Below, piece after piece: positions 39,497 to 48,582 of a stretch of 64,000 bases of DNA. The position numbers and the translations under genes are program-made. The notes under the pieces were generated by a model. The model was given only the letters and a program-made list of their open reading frames with translations. It was not told the origin of the DNA and searched no databases. Position 1 is the stretch's first letter, and each line of letters opens with the position of its first letter. The stretch comes from Escherichia coli (GTDB lineage: Bacteria > Pseudomonadota > Gammaproteobacteria > Enterobacterales > Enterobacteriaceae): the NCBI RefSeq assembly GCF_002854065.1, contig NZ_CP024147.1, one strand, 5' to 3'.

Positions 39497-40897
39497 ATGG
39501 GGCAATCATCGCAACCACATGAGTTAGGCGGCGGGCTGAAGTCACGCCATGTCACCATGTTGTCTATTGCCGGTGTTATCGGCGCAAGTCTGTTTGTCGG
39601 TTCCAGCGTCGCCATCGCCGAAGCGGGCCCGGCGGTATTACTGGCCTATCTGTTCGCCGGGCTACTGGTGGTTATGATTATGCGGATGTTGGCGGAAATG
39701 GCGGTTGCCACGCCCGATACCGGTTCGTTTTCCACCTATGCCGATAAAGCTATTGGTCGTTGGGCGGGTTATACCATCGGCTGGTTGTACTGGTGGTTTT
39801 GGGTACTGGTTATCCCGCTGGAAGCCAACATCGCCGCCATGATCCTGCACTCGTGGGTTCCAGGCATTCCCATCTGGTTATTTTCCCTCGTCATTACCCT
39901 CGCCTTAACTGGCAGTAATTTATTAAGCGTTAAAAACTACGGCGAATTTGAGTTCTGGCTGGCGCTGTGCAAAGTCATCGCTATCCTGGCCTTTATTTTC
40001 CTTGGTGCAGTCGCAATTAGCGGTTTTTACCCGTATGCCGACGTGAGCGGTATTTCAAGATTGTGGGATAGCGGCGGCTTTATGCCCAACGGCTTCGGCG
40101 CGGTATTAAGCGCGATGTTGATCACCATGTTCTCGTTTATGGGCGCAGAAATTGTCACCATTGCCGCCGCGGAATCCGACACGCCGGAAAAACATATTGT
40201 CCGCGCCACCAACTCGGTTATCTGGCGTATTTCTATCTTCTATTTATGCTCTATTTTTGTCGTCGTGGCGTTAATACCGTGGAATATGCCGGGGCTGAAA
40301 GCCGTTGGTTCTTATCGCTCGGTTCTGGAATTGCTCAATATTCCCCATGCGAAATTAATCATGGACTGCGTGATATTACTTTCCGTAACCAGTTGCCTGA
40401 ACTCGGCGCTGTATACCGCTTCCAGGATGCTCTACTCCTTAAGCCGTCGCGGTGATGCGCCCGCGGTAATGGGTAAAATCAACCGCAGTAAAACCCCGTA
40501 CGTGGCGGTGTTACTCTCCACCGGCGCGGCATTTTTAACGGTGGTGGTGAACTATTACGCACCTGCGAAAGTGTTTAAATTCCTGATAGACAGCTCCGGC
40601 GCTATCGCCCTGCTGGTTTATCTGGTAATTGCCGTTTCACAGTTGCGGATGCGTAAAATCTTGCTCGCGGAAGGAAGCGAAATCCGCCTGCGGATGTGGC
40701 TTTATCCCTGGCTCACCTGGCTGGTGATTGGCTTTATTACCTTTGTGTTGGTGGTCATGCTATTCCGCCCGGCGCAACAGTTAGAAGTGATTTCCACCGG
40801 CTTATTAGCAATAGGGATAATCTGTACCGTGCCGATTATGGCGCGCTGGAAAAAACTGGTATTGTGGCAAAAAACACCCGTTCATAATACGCGCTGA
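39497..40897 (+). CDS. gabP: GABA permease (APC family)
   Basis: Start moved to MGQSSQPHELGGGLKSRHVTMLSIAGVIGASLFVGSS (466 aa). Confidence 0.9.
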   Translation: MGQSSQPHELGGGLKSRHVTMLSIAGVIGASLFVGSSVAIAEAGPAVLLAYLFAGLLVVMIMRMLAEMAVATPDTGSFSTYADKAIGRWAGYTIGWLYWWFWVLVIPLEANIAAMILHSWVPGIPIWLFSLVITLALTGSNLLSVKNYGEFEFWLALCKVIAILAFIFLGAVAISGFYPYADVSGISRLWDSGGFMPNGFGAVLSAMLITMFSFMGAEIVTIAAAESDTPEKHIVRATNSVIWRISIFYLCSIFVVVALIPWNMPGLKAVGSYRSVLELLNIPHAKLIMDCVILLSVTSCLNSALYTASRMLYSLSRRGDAPAVMGKINRSKTPYVAVLLSTGAAFLTVVVNYYAPAKVFKFLIDSSGAIALLVYLVIAVSQLRMRKILLAEGSEIRLRMWLYPWLTWLVIGFITFVLVVMLFRPAQQLEVISTGLLAIGIICTVPIMARWKKLVLWQKTPVHNTR

Positions 40898-40917
40898 TAA
40901 TGATCAGGAGTCACACC

Positions 40918-41580
40918 ATGACCATTACGTCTCTGGATGGCTATCGCTGGCTGAAGAACGATATTATTCGCGGTAATTTTCAACCGGATGAAAAATTACG
41001 AATGAGTTTGCTGACATCGCGTTATGCACTTGGCGTTGGGCCGTTACGGGAAGCTCTTTCGCAACTGGTGGCGGAACGGCTGGTCACGGTGGTGAATCAA
41101 AAAGGGTATCGGGTGGCGTCTATGTCAGAGCAGGAGCTGCTCGATATTTTCGATGCCCGCGCCAATATGGAAGCGATGTTAGTGAGTCTGGCGATTGCCC
41201 GCGGTGGCGATGAGTGGGAGGCAGACGTTCTCGCAAAAGCGCATCTGTTGAGTAAGCTTGAGGCCCGTGACGCCAGCGAGAAAATGCTTGATGAGTGGGA
41301 TCTGCGTCATCAGGCGTTTCATACGGCAATTGTGGCGGGCTGTGGTTCTCACTATTTGCTGCAAATGCGTGAACGGTTGTTTGATCTGGCGGCGCGCTAT
41401 CGATTTATCTGGCTGCGACAAACAGTGCTTTCGGTGGAAATGCTGGAGGATAAACACGATCAGCACCAGACCCTGACTGCGGCGGTACTGGCGCGAGATA
41501 CCGCGCGCGCCAGTGAGTTAATGCGCCAGCATTTACTGACGCCAATTCCCATTATCCAGCAGGCGATGGCTGGCAATTAA
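40918..41580 (+). CDS. csiR: GntR/FadR-family transcriptional repressor CsiR
   Basis: Start moved to MTITSLDGYRWLKNDIIRGNF (220 aa); wHTH N-terminus. Confidence 0.85.
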   Translation: MTITSLDGYRWLKNDIIRGNFQPDEKLRMSLLTSRYALGVGPLREALSQLVAERLVTVVNQKGYRVASMSEQELLDIFDARANMEAMLVSLAIARGGDEWEADVLAKAHLLSKLEARDASEKMLDEWDLRHQAFHTAIVAGCGSHYLLQMRERLFDLAARYRFIWLRQTVLSVEMLEDKHDQHQTLTAAVLARDTARASELMRQHLLTPIPIIQQAMAGN

Positions 41581-42030
41581 CTACTCTTCAGGAATACGCA
41601 ACACTTGCCCCGGGTAAATTTTATCCGGGCTTTTTAGCATCGGTTTATTCGCTTCGAAGATTTTATTGTACAGATTGGCGTTACCGTAGACCTGTTTGGA
41701 AATGGCACTCAGAGTGTCGCCAGACTTAACGGTATAAAACTGGCTGGCAGTGGCTGGTGTCGCCGTTTTCACCTGATCATCAACACTGGCAATGCCGGAA
41801 ATATTCCCCACCGCAACAAGGATTTTCTCTTTCGCCTCCTGACTCAGGCCGTCACCAGTGACCGTCGCTTTGCCATCGGCAATTTGAATGTTCACTTTAT
41901 CGGCATCCGGTATACCGGTTTTGTTCAGATGCTCCTGCACCTTCTTCGCCTGATCGTCTTTATCGTGCTGACCTGTAACCGCGTCCCAGAGTTTTTCTCC
42001 GGCATCTTTCACAAAATTGAACAGACCCAT
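41581..42030 (-). CDS. ygaU: K+-binding protein Kbp/YgaU (BON + LysM domains)
   Basis: Start moved to [20 protein letters not shown] (149 aa); C-terminal LysM ([34 protein letters not shown]). Confidence 0.85.
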
Positions 42031-42113
42031 AGCTACCTCATTCGTTAACGGAAACACTCAGAAAGTGTAGCAGAGGAACGCGGCGCGTTAACGCCGCGGG
42101 GATGAGCACAGGT

Positions 42114-42272
42114 TTAATCGCGGGTTTGCACCCAGAACGCGTGAATCAAACCGGGGATATACCCAAGCAGTGTCAGCAGAATATTAATAATGAACGCCCA
42201 ACCGAACCCTTTACCGAGCAGCACGCTGAGCGGCGGCAGAATGATGGTGATGACGATTCTCCAGAAACCCAT
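42114..42272 (-). CDS. yqaE: Small membrane protein YqaE (Pmp3/UPF0057 family), 52 aa
   Basis: Reverse complement encodes MGFWRIVITIILPPLSVLLGKGFGWAFIINILLTLLGYIPGLIHAFWVQTRD-stop; below the ORF-track length cutoff. Confidence 0.8.
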   Translation of the reverse strand: MGFWRIVITIILPPLSVLLGKGFGWAFIINILLTLLGYIPGLIHAFWVQTRD

Positions 42273-42454
42273 ATGTACTCCCTATAAGAAAATTACTCAT
42301 TGTTTAAAAAGAGATTTTATCTCTTAAGCGTAGTAATTTTAGCGGAGCCTGCCAGTTTCAGCTTACGCTTTTACTCTCATTTACGCTGCTGAGGCTGGTA
42401 TATGTTGCATTTTTAGTTTAGAGTTTACTTAATTTAGAAAATACTTAAATAAAT

Positions 42455-42754
42455 ATGACTGAACTCGCGCAATTACAGGCCAGTGCCGAACAGGCAGCGG
42501 CCTTATTGAAAGCAATGAGCCACCCTAAACGGTTGCTGATTCTGTGCATGCTTAGCGGTTCCCCCGGCACCAGCGCGGGAGAGCTGACGCGCATTACCGG
42601 ACTGAGCGCCTCTGCGACATCACAGCATCTCGCTCGTATGCGGGACGAAGGACTTATCAACAGCCAACGGGATGCCCAACGCATTCTATATTCCATTAAA
42701 AATGAGGCGGTAAATGCCATTATCGCCACCCTGAAAAATGTCTATTGTCCGTAA
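42455..42754 (+). CDS. ygaV: ArsR/SmtB-family transcriptional regulator
   Basis: 99-aa ORF with HTH; forms a pair with ygaP. Confidence 0.9.
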   Translation: MTELAQLQASAEQAAALLKAMSHPKRLLILCMLSGSPGTSAGELTRITGLSASATSQHLARMRDEGLINSQRDAQRILYSIKNEAVNAIIATLKNVYCP

Positions 42755-42763
42755 GGAGTCACT

Positions 42764-43282
42764 ATGGCTTTGACAACCATTTCGCCGCATGATGCACAAG
42801 AATTAATCGCACGCGGCGCAAAGTTAATCGATATTCGTGACGCTGATGAATATCTTCGTGAACATATTCCTGAAGCAGATCTGGCTCCATTATCCGTGCT
42901 GGAACAGTCAGGTCTCCCGGCTAAATTACATCGCGAGCAAATTATATTCCACTGCCAGGCAGGTAAACGCACCAGTAATAACGCCGATAAATTAGCAGCG
43001 ATTGCCGCCCCCGCAGAAATCTTTTTACTCGAAGATGGGATTGATGGCTGGAAAAAAGCAGGATTGCCAGTAGCGGTAAATAAATCTCAACCCTTGCCGT
43101 TAATGCGCCAGGTGCAGATCGCTGCGGGTGGTTTAATATTAATCGGCGTTATACTGGGTTATACCGTAAATAGCGGTTTCTTCTTATTAAGCGGCTTTGT
43201 TGGTGCCGGGTTACTGTTTGCAGGAATTAGCGGTTTTTGTGGGATGGCAAGGTTGTTAGATAAGATGCCGTGGAACCAATGA
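42764..43282 (+). CDS. ygaP: Membrane-anchored rhodanese (thiosulfate sulfurtransferase)
   Basis: 172-aa ORF, rhodanese active-site Cys (FHCQAGKR) and C-terminal TM segments. Confidence 0.9.
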   Translation: MALTTISPHDAQELIARGAKLIDIRDADEYLREHIPEADLAPLSVLEQSGLPAKLHREQIIFHCQAGKRTSNNADKLAAIAAPAEIFLLEDGIDGWKKAGLPVAVNKSQPLPLMRQVQIAAGGLILIGVILGYTVNSGFFLLSGFVGAGLLFAGISGFCGMARLLDKMPWNQ

Positions 43283-43334
43283 GCTTGAGAAGCGACGCCG
43301 GACGCGCCATAGCAGTGACATCCGGCCTCAGTAA

Positions 43335-43739
43335 TTAGATCAGGAAATCGTCGAGAGATTTACCTTCTGCCAGCGCCTGAGCGATTGGCTTCGGTGTACG
43401 GCCCTGACCGGTCCAGGTTTTAGTTTCACCGTTAACATCGGTGAATTTATATTTCGCCGGACGCGGCTGGCGTTTTTTACCAGCGCGTGGTGCAGCAGCA
43501 GAGCTATTACCCAATAACTCTTCCGGGTTAATTCCGTCAGCCTTCATCAGCTCCAGCCAGGTGCTAATTTTTTCCTGACGCTCAGCCAGTTCACGCTGCT
43601 GCTGTTCTTCTTCTTCACGTCTTTCTTTAGTGACAACCCTGAATTTTTCGAGCATTTCTTCAAGAACGTCAATGGAGAATTCGCGAGCCATCGCACGGAG
43701 GGTGCGAATGTTATTTAAACTTTGTAACATTACGGACAT
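43335..43739 (-). CDS. stpA: H-NS paralogue StpA (nucleoid protein / RNA chaperone)
   Basis: 134-aa [39 protein letters not shown]... Confidence 0.95.
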   Translation of the reverse strand: MSVMLQSLNNIRTLRAMAREFSIDVLEEMLEKFRVVTKERREEEEQQQRELAERQEKISTWLELMKADGINPEELLGNSSAAAPRAGKKRQPRPAKYKFTDVNGETKTWTGQGRTPKPIAQALAEGKSLDDFLI

Positions 43740-44406
43740 AATAAAGAAAACCTTTTAACGCCAAAACAAAAAAGTATTTCGTCGCGTAGTGTAAGCGATC
43801 ACTTATTATATTTCCACAAAATTTAATCTATTTACAGTCCTGCGCGAGATTATTTCAGCTGTTATTTTCTGAAACTCTCAGAATAATTTCAAGATTATAT
43901 ATTAGCCATTTTGATGAGTAATTTAGGTTATTGGTGAACAGAGTGGCGCTCTCTGCTCGCTAATTCCGCAAGCCTGACAAAACCGAAGTGAATAAAAATG
44001 CAATATAAAAGAATAAAAGAAAACACCCCTCACTGGTGCTTTCTGCTGTTAATGTACATTTTCTGGCATAAAAAATGCTGTAAATGACCCGGTCACGACA
44101 TACACCGAATTCTCTACGCTTATAGCGTTACCTCACCCCCAAACTTTCATTAGTGAAATTAAAGACAAGGCCATATCTAATTGATTTAATTGAAAATAAA
44201 TCATATCGGCATGTAAAAATCCACAATGTACAAAAAACGAGCCGTTACGGAATATTTTATCTACAAAAACTGACTAAATAAAAATTTTTCACTAATTGAT
44301 TAGTCATAGCCAGCGATATACGCTATGCGAAAATGCAGATGGCAATGAGATCCACTGCTTTCATCTCCATTAACATCCCATTACGCCTTTATTAAGGAGC
44401 ATTAGC

Positions 44407-44856
44407 ATGTTCTCACCGCAGTCACGCTTGCGTCATGCAGTTGCAGATACGTTCGCGATGGTTGTTTACTGTTCTGTCGTGAACATGTGTATTGAAGTTT
44501 TCCTCTCCGGAATGAGCTTCGAACAGTCTTTTTATTCCAGATTGGTAGCGATTCCGGTGAACATCTTAATTGCATGGCCATACGGTATGTACCGCGATCT
44601 GTTTATGCGCGCGGCACGCAAAGTTAGCCCGTCGGGCTGGATAAAAAATCTGGCGGATATCCTGGCTTATGTGACGTTCCAGTCACCGGTGTATGTGGCG
44701 ATCTTGTTAGTGGTGGGCGCAGACTGGCATCAGATTATGGCGGCGGTCAGTTCAAACATCGTTGTTTCGATGTTGATGGGGGCGGTTTATGGCTACTTCC
44801 TCGATTATTGCCGCCGACTGTTTAAAGTCAGCCGTTACCAGCAGGTAAAAGCCTGA
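44407..44856 (+). CDS. alaE: L-alanine exporter AlaE
   Basis: 149-aa membrane [34 protein letters not shown]... Confidence 0.9.
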   Translation: MFSPQSRLRHAVADTFAMVVYCSVVNMCIEVFLSGMSFEQSFYSRLVAIPVNILIAWPYGMYRDLFMRAARKVSPSGWIKNLADILAYVTFQSPVYVAILLVVGADWHQIMAAVSSNIVVSMLMGAVYGYFLDYCRRLFKVSRYQQVKA

Positions 44857-44865
44857 CTCTTCTTT

Positions 44866-44888
44866 TCGCGACTGGCATCGCCAGTCGC
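44866..44888 (+). terminator. Hairpin after alaE
   Basis: gcgactggc-atc-gccagtcgc dyad followed by a weak T-rich stretch. Confidence 0.45.
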
Positions 44889-44892
44889 GTCT

Positions 44893-45237
44893 TTAACTGG
44901 CTTCGCCAAATAAACCATTCAAATAACGTTCAAGCGCAACACGCGAACTAAAGCCATGCGGGATACCGTAATGCTCGTGTCGCTCGCCTGCTAAATAGAG
45001 CGGAAATTGCTGGTAATGATCGCAAGTTTTAATATCGGAAGCGGGTTCAGCCAGTGTCGAACTGCGTTCTTTTAATGTTGGATGAATTACCAGAGCGGTA
45101 CGTCCCATTCGCGCTTCGCGATTAACATAGACATAATTTTCCCCACGGCGGTAACCATACGCTTTCTGGGTTACCACATCGACAGTAAAACCGACTTTTT
45201 CAAGTACGCGCGCCACCTCGTCTGGTCGTAAATACAT
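44893..45237 (-). CDS. ygaC: Uncharacterised protein YgaC
   Basis: 114-aa [50 protein letters not shown]... Confidence 0.85.
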
Positions 45238-45388
45238 ATTTGATCCTCGTTATTATCAACCGCGGGCCTACCTTACCTGATTGCGCATTCACAACGCTTT
45301 CAGAAAAGTCCATAAAGCCGCGATGAACCTCAGTTAAGAAAATTATGGTCTACACTGAAAATTACATCGAATTCTAATGGGGGATCAT

Positions 45389-45718
45389 ATGTTTAACCGA
45401 CCGAACCGCAACGACGTTGATGATGGCGTGCAGGATATCCAGAATGATGTCAATCAATTAGCTGACAGCCTCGAATCTGTATTGAAGTCCTGGGGCAGCA
45501 ACGCCAAAGGGGAAGCTGAAGCCGCACGCAGTAAAGCTCAGGCTTTGCTGAAAGAAACCAGGGCGCGAATGCATGGTCGTACTCGCGTTCAGCAAGCCGC
45601 ACGCGATGCCGTTGGCTGCGCGGATTCTTTTGTTCGTGAAAGACCCTGGTGTAGCGTGGGAACTGCTGCTGCGGTAGGTATTTTTATCGGTGCGTTGTTG
45701 AGCATGCGTAAATCGTAG
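45389..45718 (+). CDS. ygaM: ElaB/YqjD-family ribosome-associated membrane-anchored protein YgaM
   Basis: Start set to MFNRPNRNDVDDGVQDIQNDV; an in-frame ATG 12 nt upstream (45377) is an alternative; C-terminal TM anchor. Confidence 0.8.
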   Translation: MFNRPNRNDVDDGVQDIQNDVNQLADSLESVLKSWGSNAKGEAEAARSKAQALLKETRARMHGRTRVQQAARDAVGCADSFVRERPWCSVGTAAAVGIFIGALLSMRKS

Positions 45719-45867
45719 TGAGACGATGACAAGCAGTAGTCTGACTTCTGAAAAGTACTCAGTGCGTCAACGCCTTGTCCGCCTACAGGCCTGAAAAACA
45801 TAGCGCATCAGGGGATTTTGCCCTGGTCACCAGTCTTATAGGACCCCGAAGCCTGGCTTCGGAGTTA

Positions 45868-47202
45868 TTAATTTAAAGCACTGCGCAATTGCTGTGCTAC
45901 CTGTCGCGCCATACTTTCGCTAACGATATTCGTAAACGAGAGCAATAATCCTCCGTCCTCGCTTGAGCGGATACGCCAGTCGCTAAGTGCCTGTACGGCA
46001 AGACCAGCAGCATTGGCTTTATGCACGAATGTCACGTCATTACCTGCTAGTTTGATCACCATCTGGATACCGCCTTTTTGCGGCACAACCTGAAATCCCT
46101 GCTGCGTAAGTGCCTGCTCAATCCACTGCCGTCGCTGGGCATAATGCTGGCGCATTTTCTTCAGATGCCGCCAGAAATGCCCCTCACGGATGAAATCTGC
46201 CAGTGTGTTCTGCCACAGTACGGGTACAGCACATGGTTCCAGTGACGCCTGCTGCCGGAATTGCGAAATCTGCTCCACCGGCACCACCAGCCACGCACAG
46301 CGCAATGCAGGAAATAGCGCTTTGCTGAATGTTCCGGCATAAATCACCCGCTGCGGCGCGTCGAGACTTTTTAGTGCCGGTAACGGCTTACCGTGATAGC
46401 GAAACTCACTGTCGTAATCATCTTCAATAATCCATGCCTGACTACGCTCTGCCCATTCCAGTATCTGATACCTACGCGCTAAAGAGAGTGCCACACCCAG
46501 CGGGCTTTGGTGTGCCGGAGTAATCAGGGCAAAACGCGCATCAGGATAATTTTGTATTCCGCTTGTGACATCCAGTCCGTTGTCATCAACCGGCACAGGT
46601 AAAATTTCCAGACCGTGGCGAGTGACAATCGGGCGAATCAGCGGAAAGCCGGGATCTTCCATCCACATCCCGTCTCCCGGTTGCGCCAGAGCGTGCAGAA
46701 TTAAAGCCATTGAGGCCGCATAACCGTGAGTGATAAAGACCTGCTCTGGCTGACAATCAATCCCACGTGAAACGCGTAAATAATCAACAATAGCCTCGCG
46801 CAAGGCCGCCTCGCCGCAGACATCACCTAATGCCAAATCAAAACGCGTCTGGGTACGCAGACGGCGGCCCATCACCCGCGCCCACAATTCACGCGGAAAA
46901 AGATCAAGTGCAGGTAGCCCCATCTGAAAAGGCAGCGGCTGCTGACTTTCACCAGCAAAAGCCACGACATCCACAGCAGACTGTTGCGGATGTATCTGCT
47001 CACTGACAAAGGTACCCGCCTGTCCCCGCCTGACCAGCCATCCCTGCGCCACCAGCTCAGCATAAGCATTTTCGACAGTGGATCGAGAGACACCCAGCTC
47101 CTGCGACCAGGTACGGCTCGAGGGTAGCCTTGCGCCAGGTTTCAGTTCTCCTTGCTCGATAGCCGTTTTTAACTGACGGGCGATATCCTGATAACGTGGC
47201 AT
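45868..47202 (-). CDS. MocR/GabR-type regulator (GntR wHTH fused to a fold-type I aminotransferase-like PLP domain)
   Basis: 444-aa ORF; N-terminal MPRYQDIARQLKTAIEQGELKPGARLPSSRTWSQELGVSRSTVENAYAELVAQGWL (GntR HTH) and a putative PLP lysine in YAGTFSKALFPALR. Confidence 0.85.
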   Translation of the reverse strand: MPRYQDIARQLKTAIEQGELKPGARLPSSRTWSQELGVSRSTVENAYAELVAQGWLVRRGQAGTFVSEQIHPQQSAVDVVAFAGESQQPLPFQMGLPALDLFPRELWARVMGRRLRTQTRFDLALGDVCGEAALREAIVDYLRVSRGIDCQPEQVFITHGYAASMALILHALAQPGDGMWMEDPGFPLIRPIVTRHGLEILPVPVDDNGLDVTSGIQNYPDARFALITPAHQSPLGVALSLARRYQILEWAERSQAWIIEDDYDSEFRYHGKPLPALKSLDAPQRVIYAGTFSKALFPALRCAWLVVPVEQISQFRQQASLEPCAVPVLWQNTLADFIREGHFWRHLKKMRQHYAQRRQWIEQALTQQGFQVVPQKGGIQMVIKLAGNDVTFVHKANAAGLAVQALSDWRIRSSEDGGLLLSFTNIVSESMARQVAQQLRSALN

Positions 47203-47289
47203 ATGGTCTGCTTTTTTAGGTAATTTATGGCTCTCTTTAGCAGTCCATTATAGTGCTACATTGCGGGCGTTAATAAGAGGAGAAACTGT

Positions 47290-47721
47290 ATGACTACATT
47301 ACGTCAGCCTTACTACGAACTTAGCCCGGCAGTGTATAACGCACTGGTGCAGGCCAAAACGGCACTGGAAAATAGCACGCTGGATACCACGTTGATGGAG
47401 TTAATTTATTTGCGCGTCTCGCAAATCAACGGCTGCGCATTTTGTCTGGAGATGCACAGCAAAGCATTGCGCAAATCCGGTGTGCCACAACACAAACTGG
47501 ACGCCCTGGCAGGCTGGCGCGTAAGCCATCATTTTGATGAACGCGAGCGAGCGGCGCTGGCATGGGCGGAATCAGTGACCGATATTGCCAGAACCCATGC
47601 GGAAGACGAGGTTTATCAGCCTTTGCTTGAGCATTTCAGCGCAGCAGAAATCAGCGATTTAACGTTTGCCATCGGGCTGATGAATTGTTTTAACCGTCTG
47701 GCCGTTTCCATGCGGATGTAA
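47290..47721 (+). CDS. Carboxymuconolactone decarboxylase / AhpD-like family protein
   Basis: 143-aa ORF with NGCAFCLEMH (CxxC...H) signature; strong AAGAGGAG Shine-Dalgarno; divergent from the MocR gene. Confidence 0.8.
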   Translation: MTTLRQPYYELSPAVYNALVQAKTALENSTLDTTLMELIYLRVSQINGCAFCLEMHSKALRKSGVPQHKLDALAGWRVSHHFDERERAALAWAESVTDIARTHAEDEVYQPLLEHFSAAEISDLTFAIGLMNCFNRLAVSMRM

Positions 47722-47728
47722 TTTGCTG

Positions 47729-47757
47729 TTGCCGGGTATGCGCCCGGCAAAAAAACA
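47729..47757. terminator. GC-rich hairpin after the AhpD-like gene (atypical terminator)
   Basis: ttgccggg-tatgcg-cccggcaa followed by an A-run rather than a T-run on the plus strand. Confidence 0.35.
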
Positions 47758-47929
47758 CAAAATCCCCTACCCCGTTGAGCCATTCACCGGTGGCGTAATC
47801 AATCTAAAATTCCCATATCTTGTGTGGTTGAATCTTTTTTCAACTACATCTAGTATCTCTGTATCAACAGAGAGACAACCCGACGCGTATCATCGCGCCG
47901 TATCTTCATTTTAAACGGAAATACGAATC

Positions 47930-48175
47930 ATGCGCATTACTATTTACACTCGTAACGATTGCGTTCAGTGCCACGCCACCAAACGGGCGATGGAAAACCA
48001 GGGCTTTGATTTTGAAATGATTAATGTCGATCGCGTTCCTGAAGCGGCAGAAGCGTTGCGTGCTCAGGGCTTTCGTCAGTTGCCGGTAGTGATTGCTGGC
48101 GATCTTAGCTGGTCTGGTTTCCGTCCGGACATGATTAACCGTCTGCATCCAGCGCCACACGCGGCCAGTGCATGA
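47930..48175 (+). CDS. nrdH: Glutaredoxin-like protein NrdH
   Basis: 81-aa [25 protein letters not shown]... (CVQC redox motif). Confidence 0.92.
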
Positions 48176-48582
48176 GCCAGCTCGTCTACTTCTCCAGCAG
48201 CTCCGAAAACACGCAGCGTTTTATCGAACGTTTAGGTCTGCCCGCGGTGCGCATCCCGCTCAATGAGCGGGAACGGATTCAGGTAGACGAGCCTTACATC
48301 CTGATCGTGCCCTCTTACGGCGGCGGCGGTACGGCTGGCGCGGTGCCACGACAGGTAATTCGCTTTTTAAACGACGAGCACAACCGGGCGTTGCTTCGCG
48401 GCGTTATTGCTTCGGGTAATCGCAACTTTGGTGAGGCGTATGGCCGCGCTGGAGATGTGATTGCCCGGAAATGCGGCGTGCCGTGGCTGTACCGCTTTGA
48501 ACTCATGGGTACGCAAAGCGATATCGAAAACGTTCGTAAAGGAGTAACCGAATTTTGGCAACGACAACCGCAGAATGCCTGA
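48172..48582 (+). CDS. nrdI: Flavodoxin-like protein NrdI
   Basis: 136-aa ORF; 4-nt overlap with nrdH. Confidence 0.92.

Noticed and set aside
42102-42287. 61-aa plus-strand ORF
   Set aside because: The opposite strand encodes the recognisable 52-aa YqaE membrane protein; this is its shadow.
47722-47929. NrdR or Fur boxes upstream of nrdH
   Set aside because: I saw palindrome-like stretches (for example cccatatcttgtgtgg) but could not match them to the consensus with confidence by eye; left unannotated.
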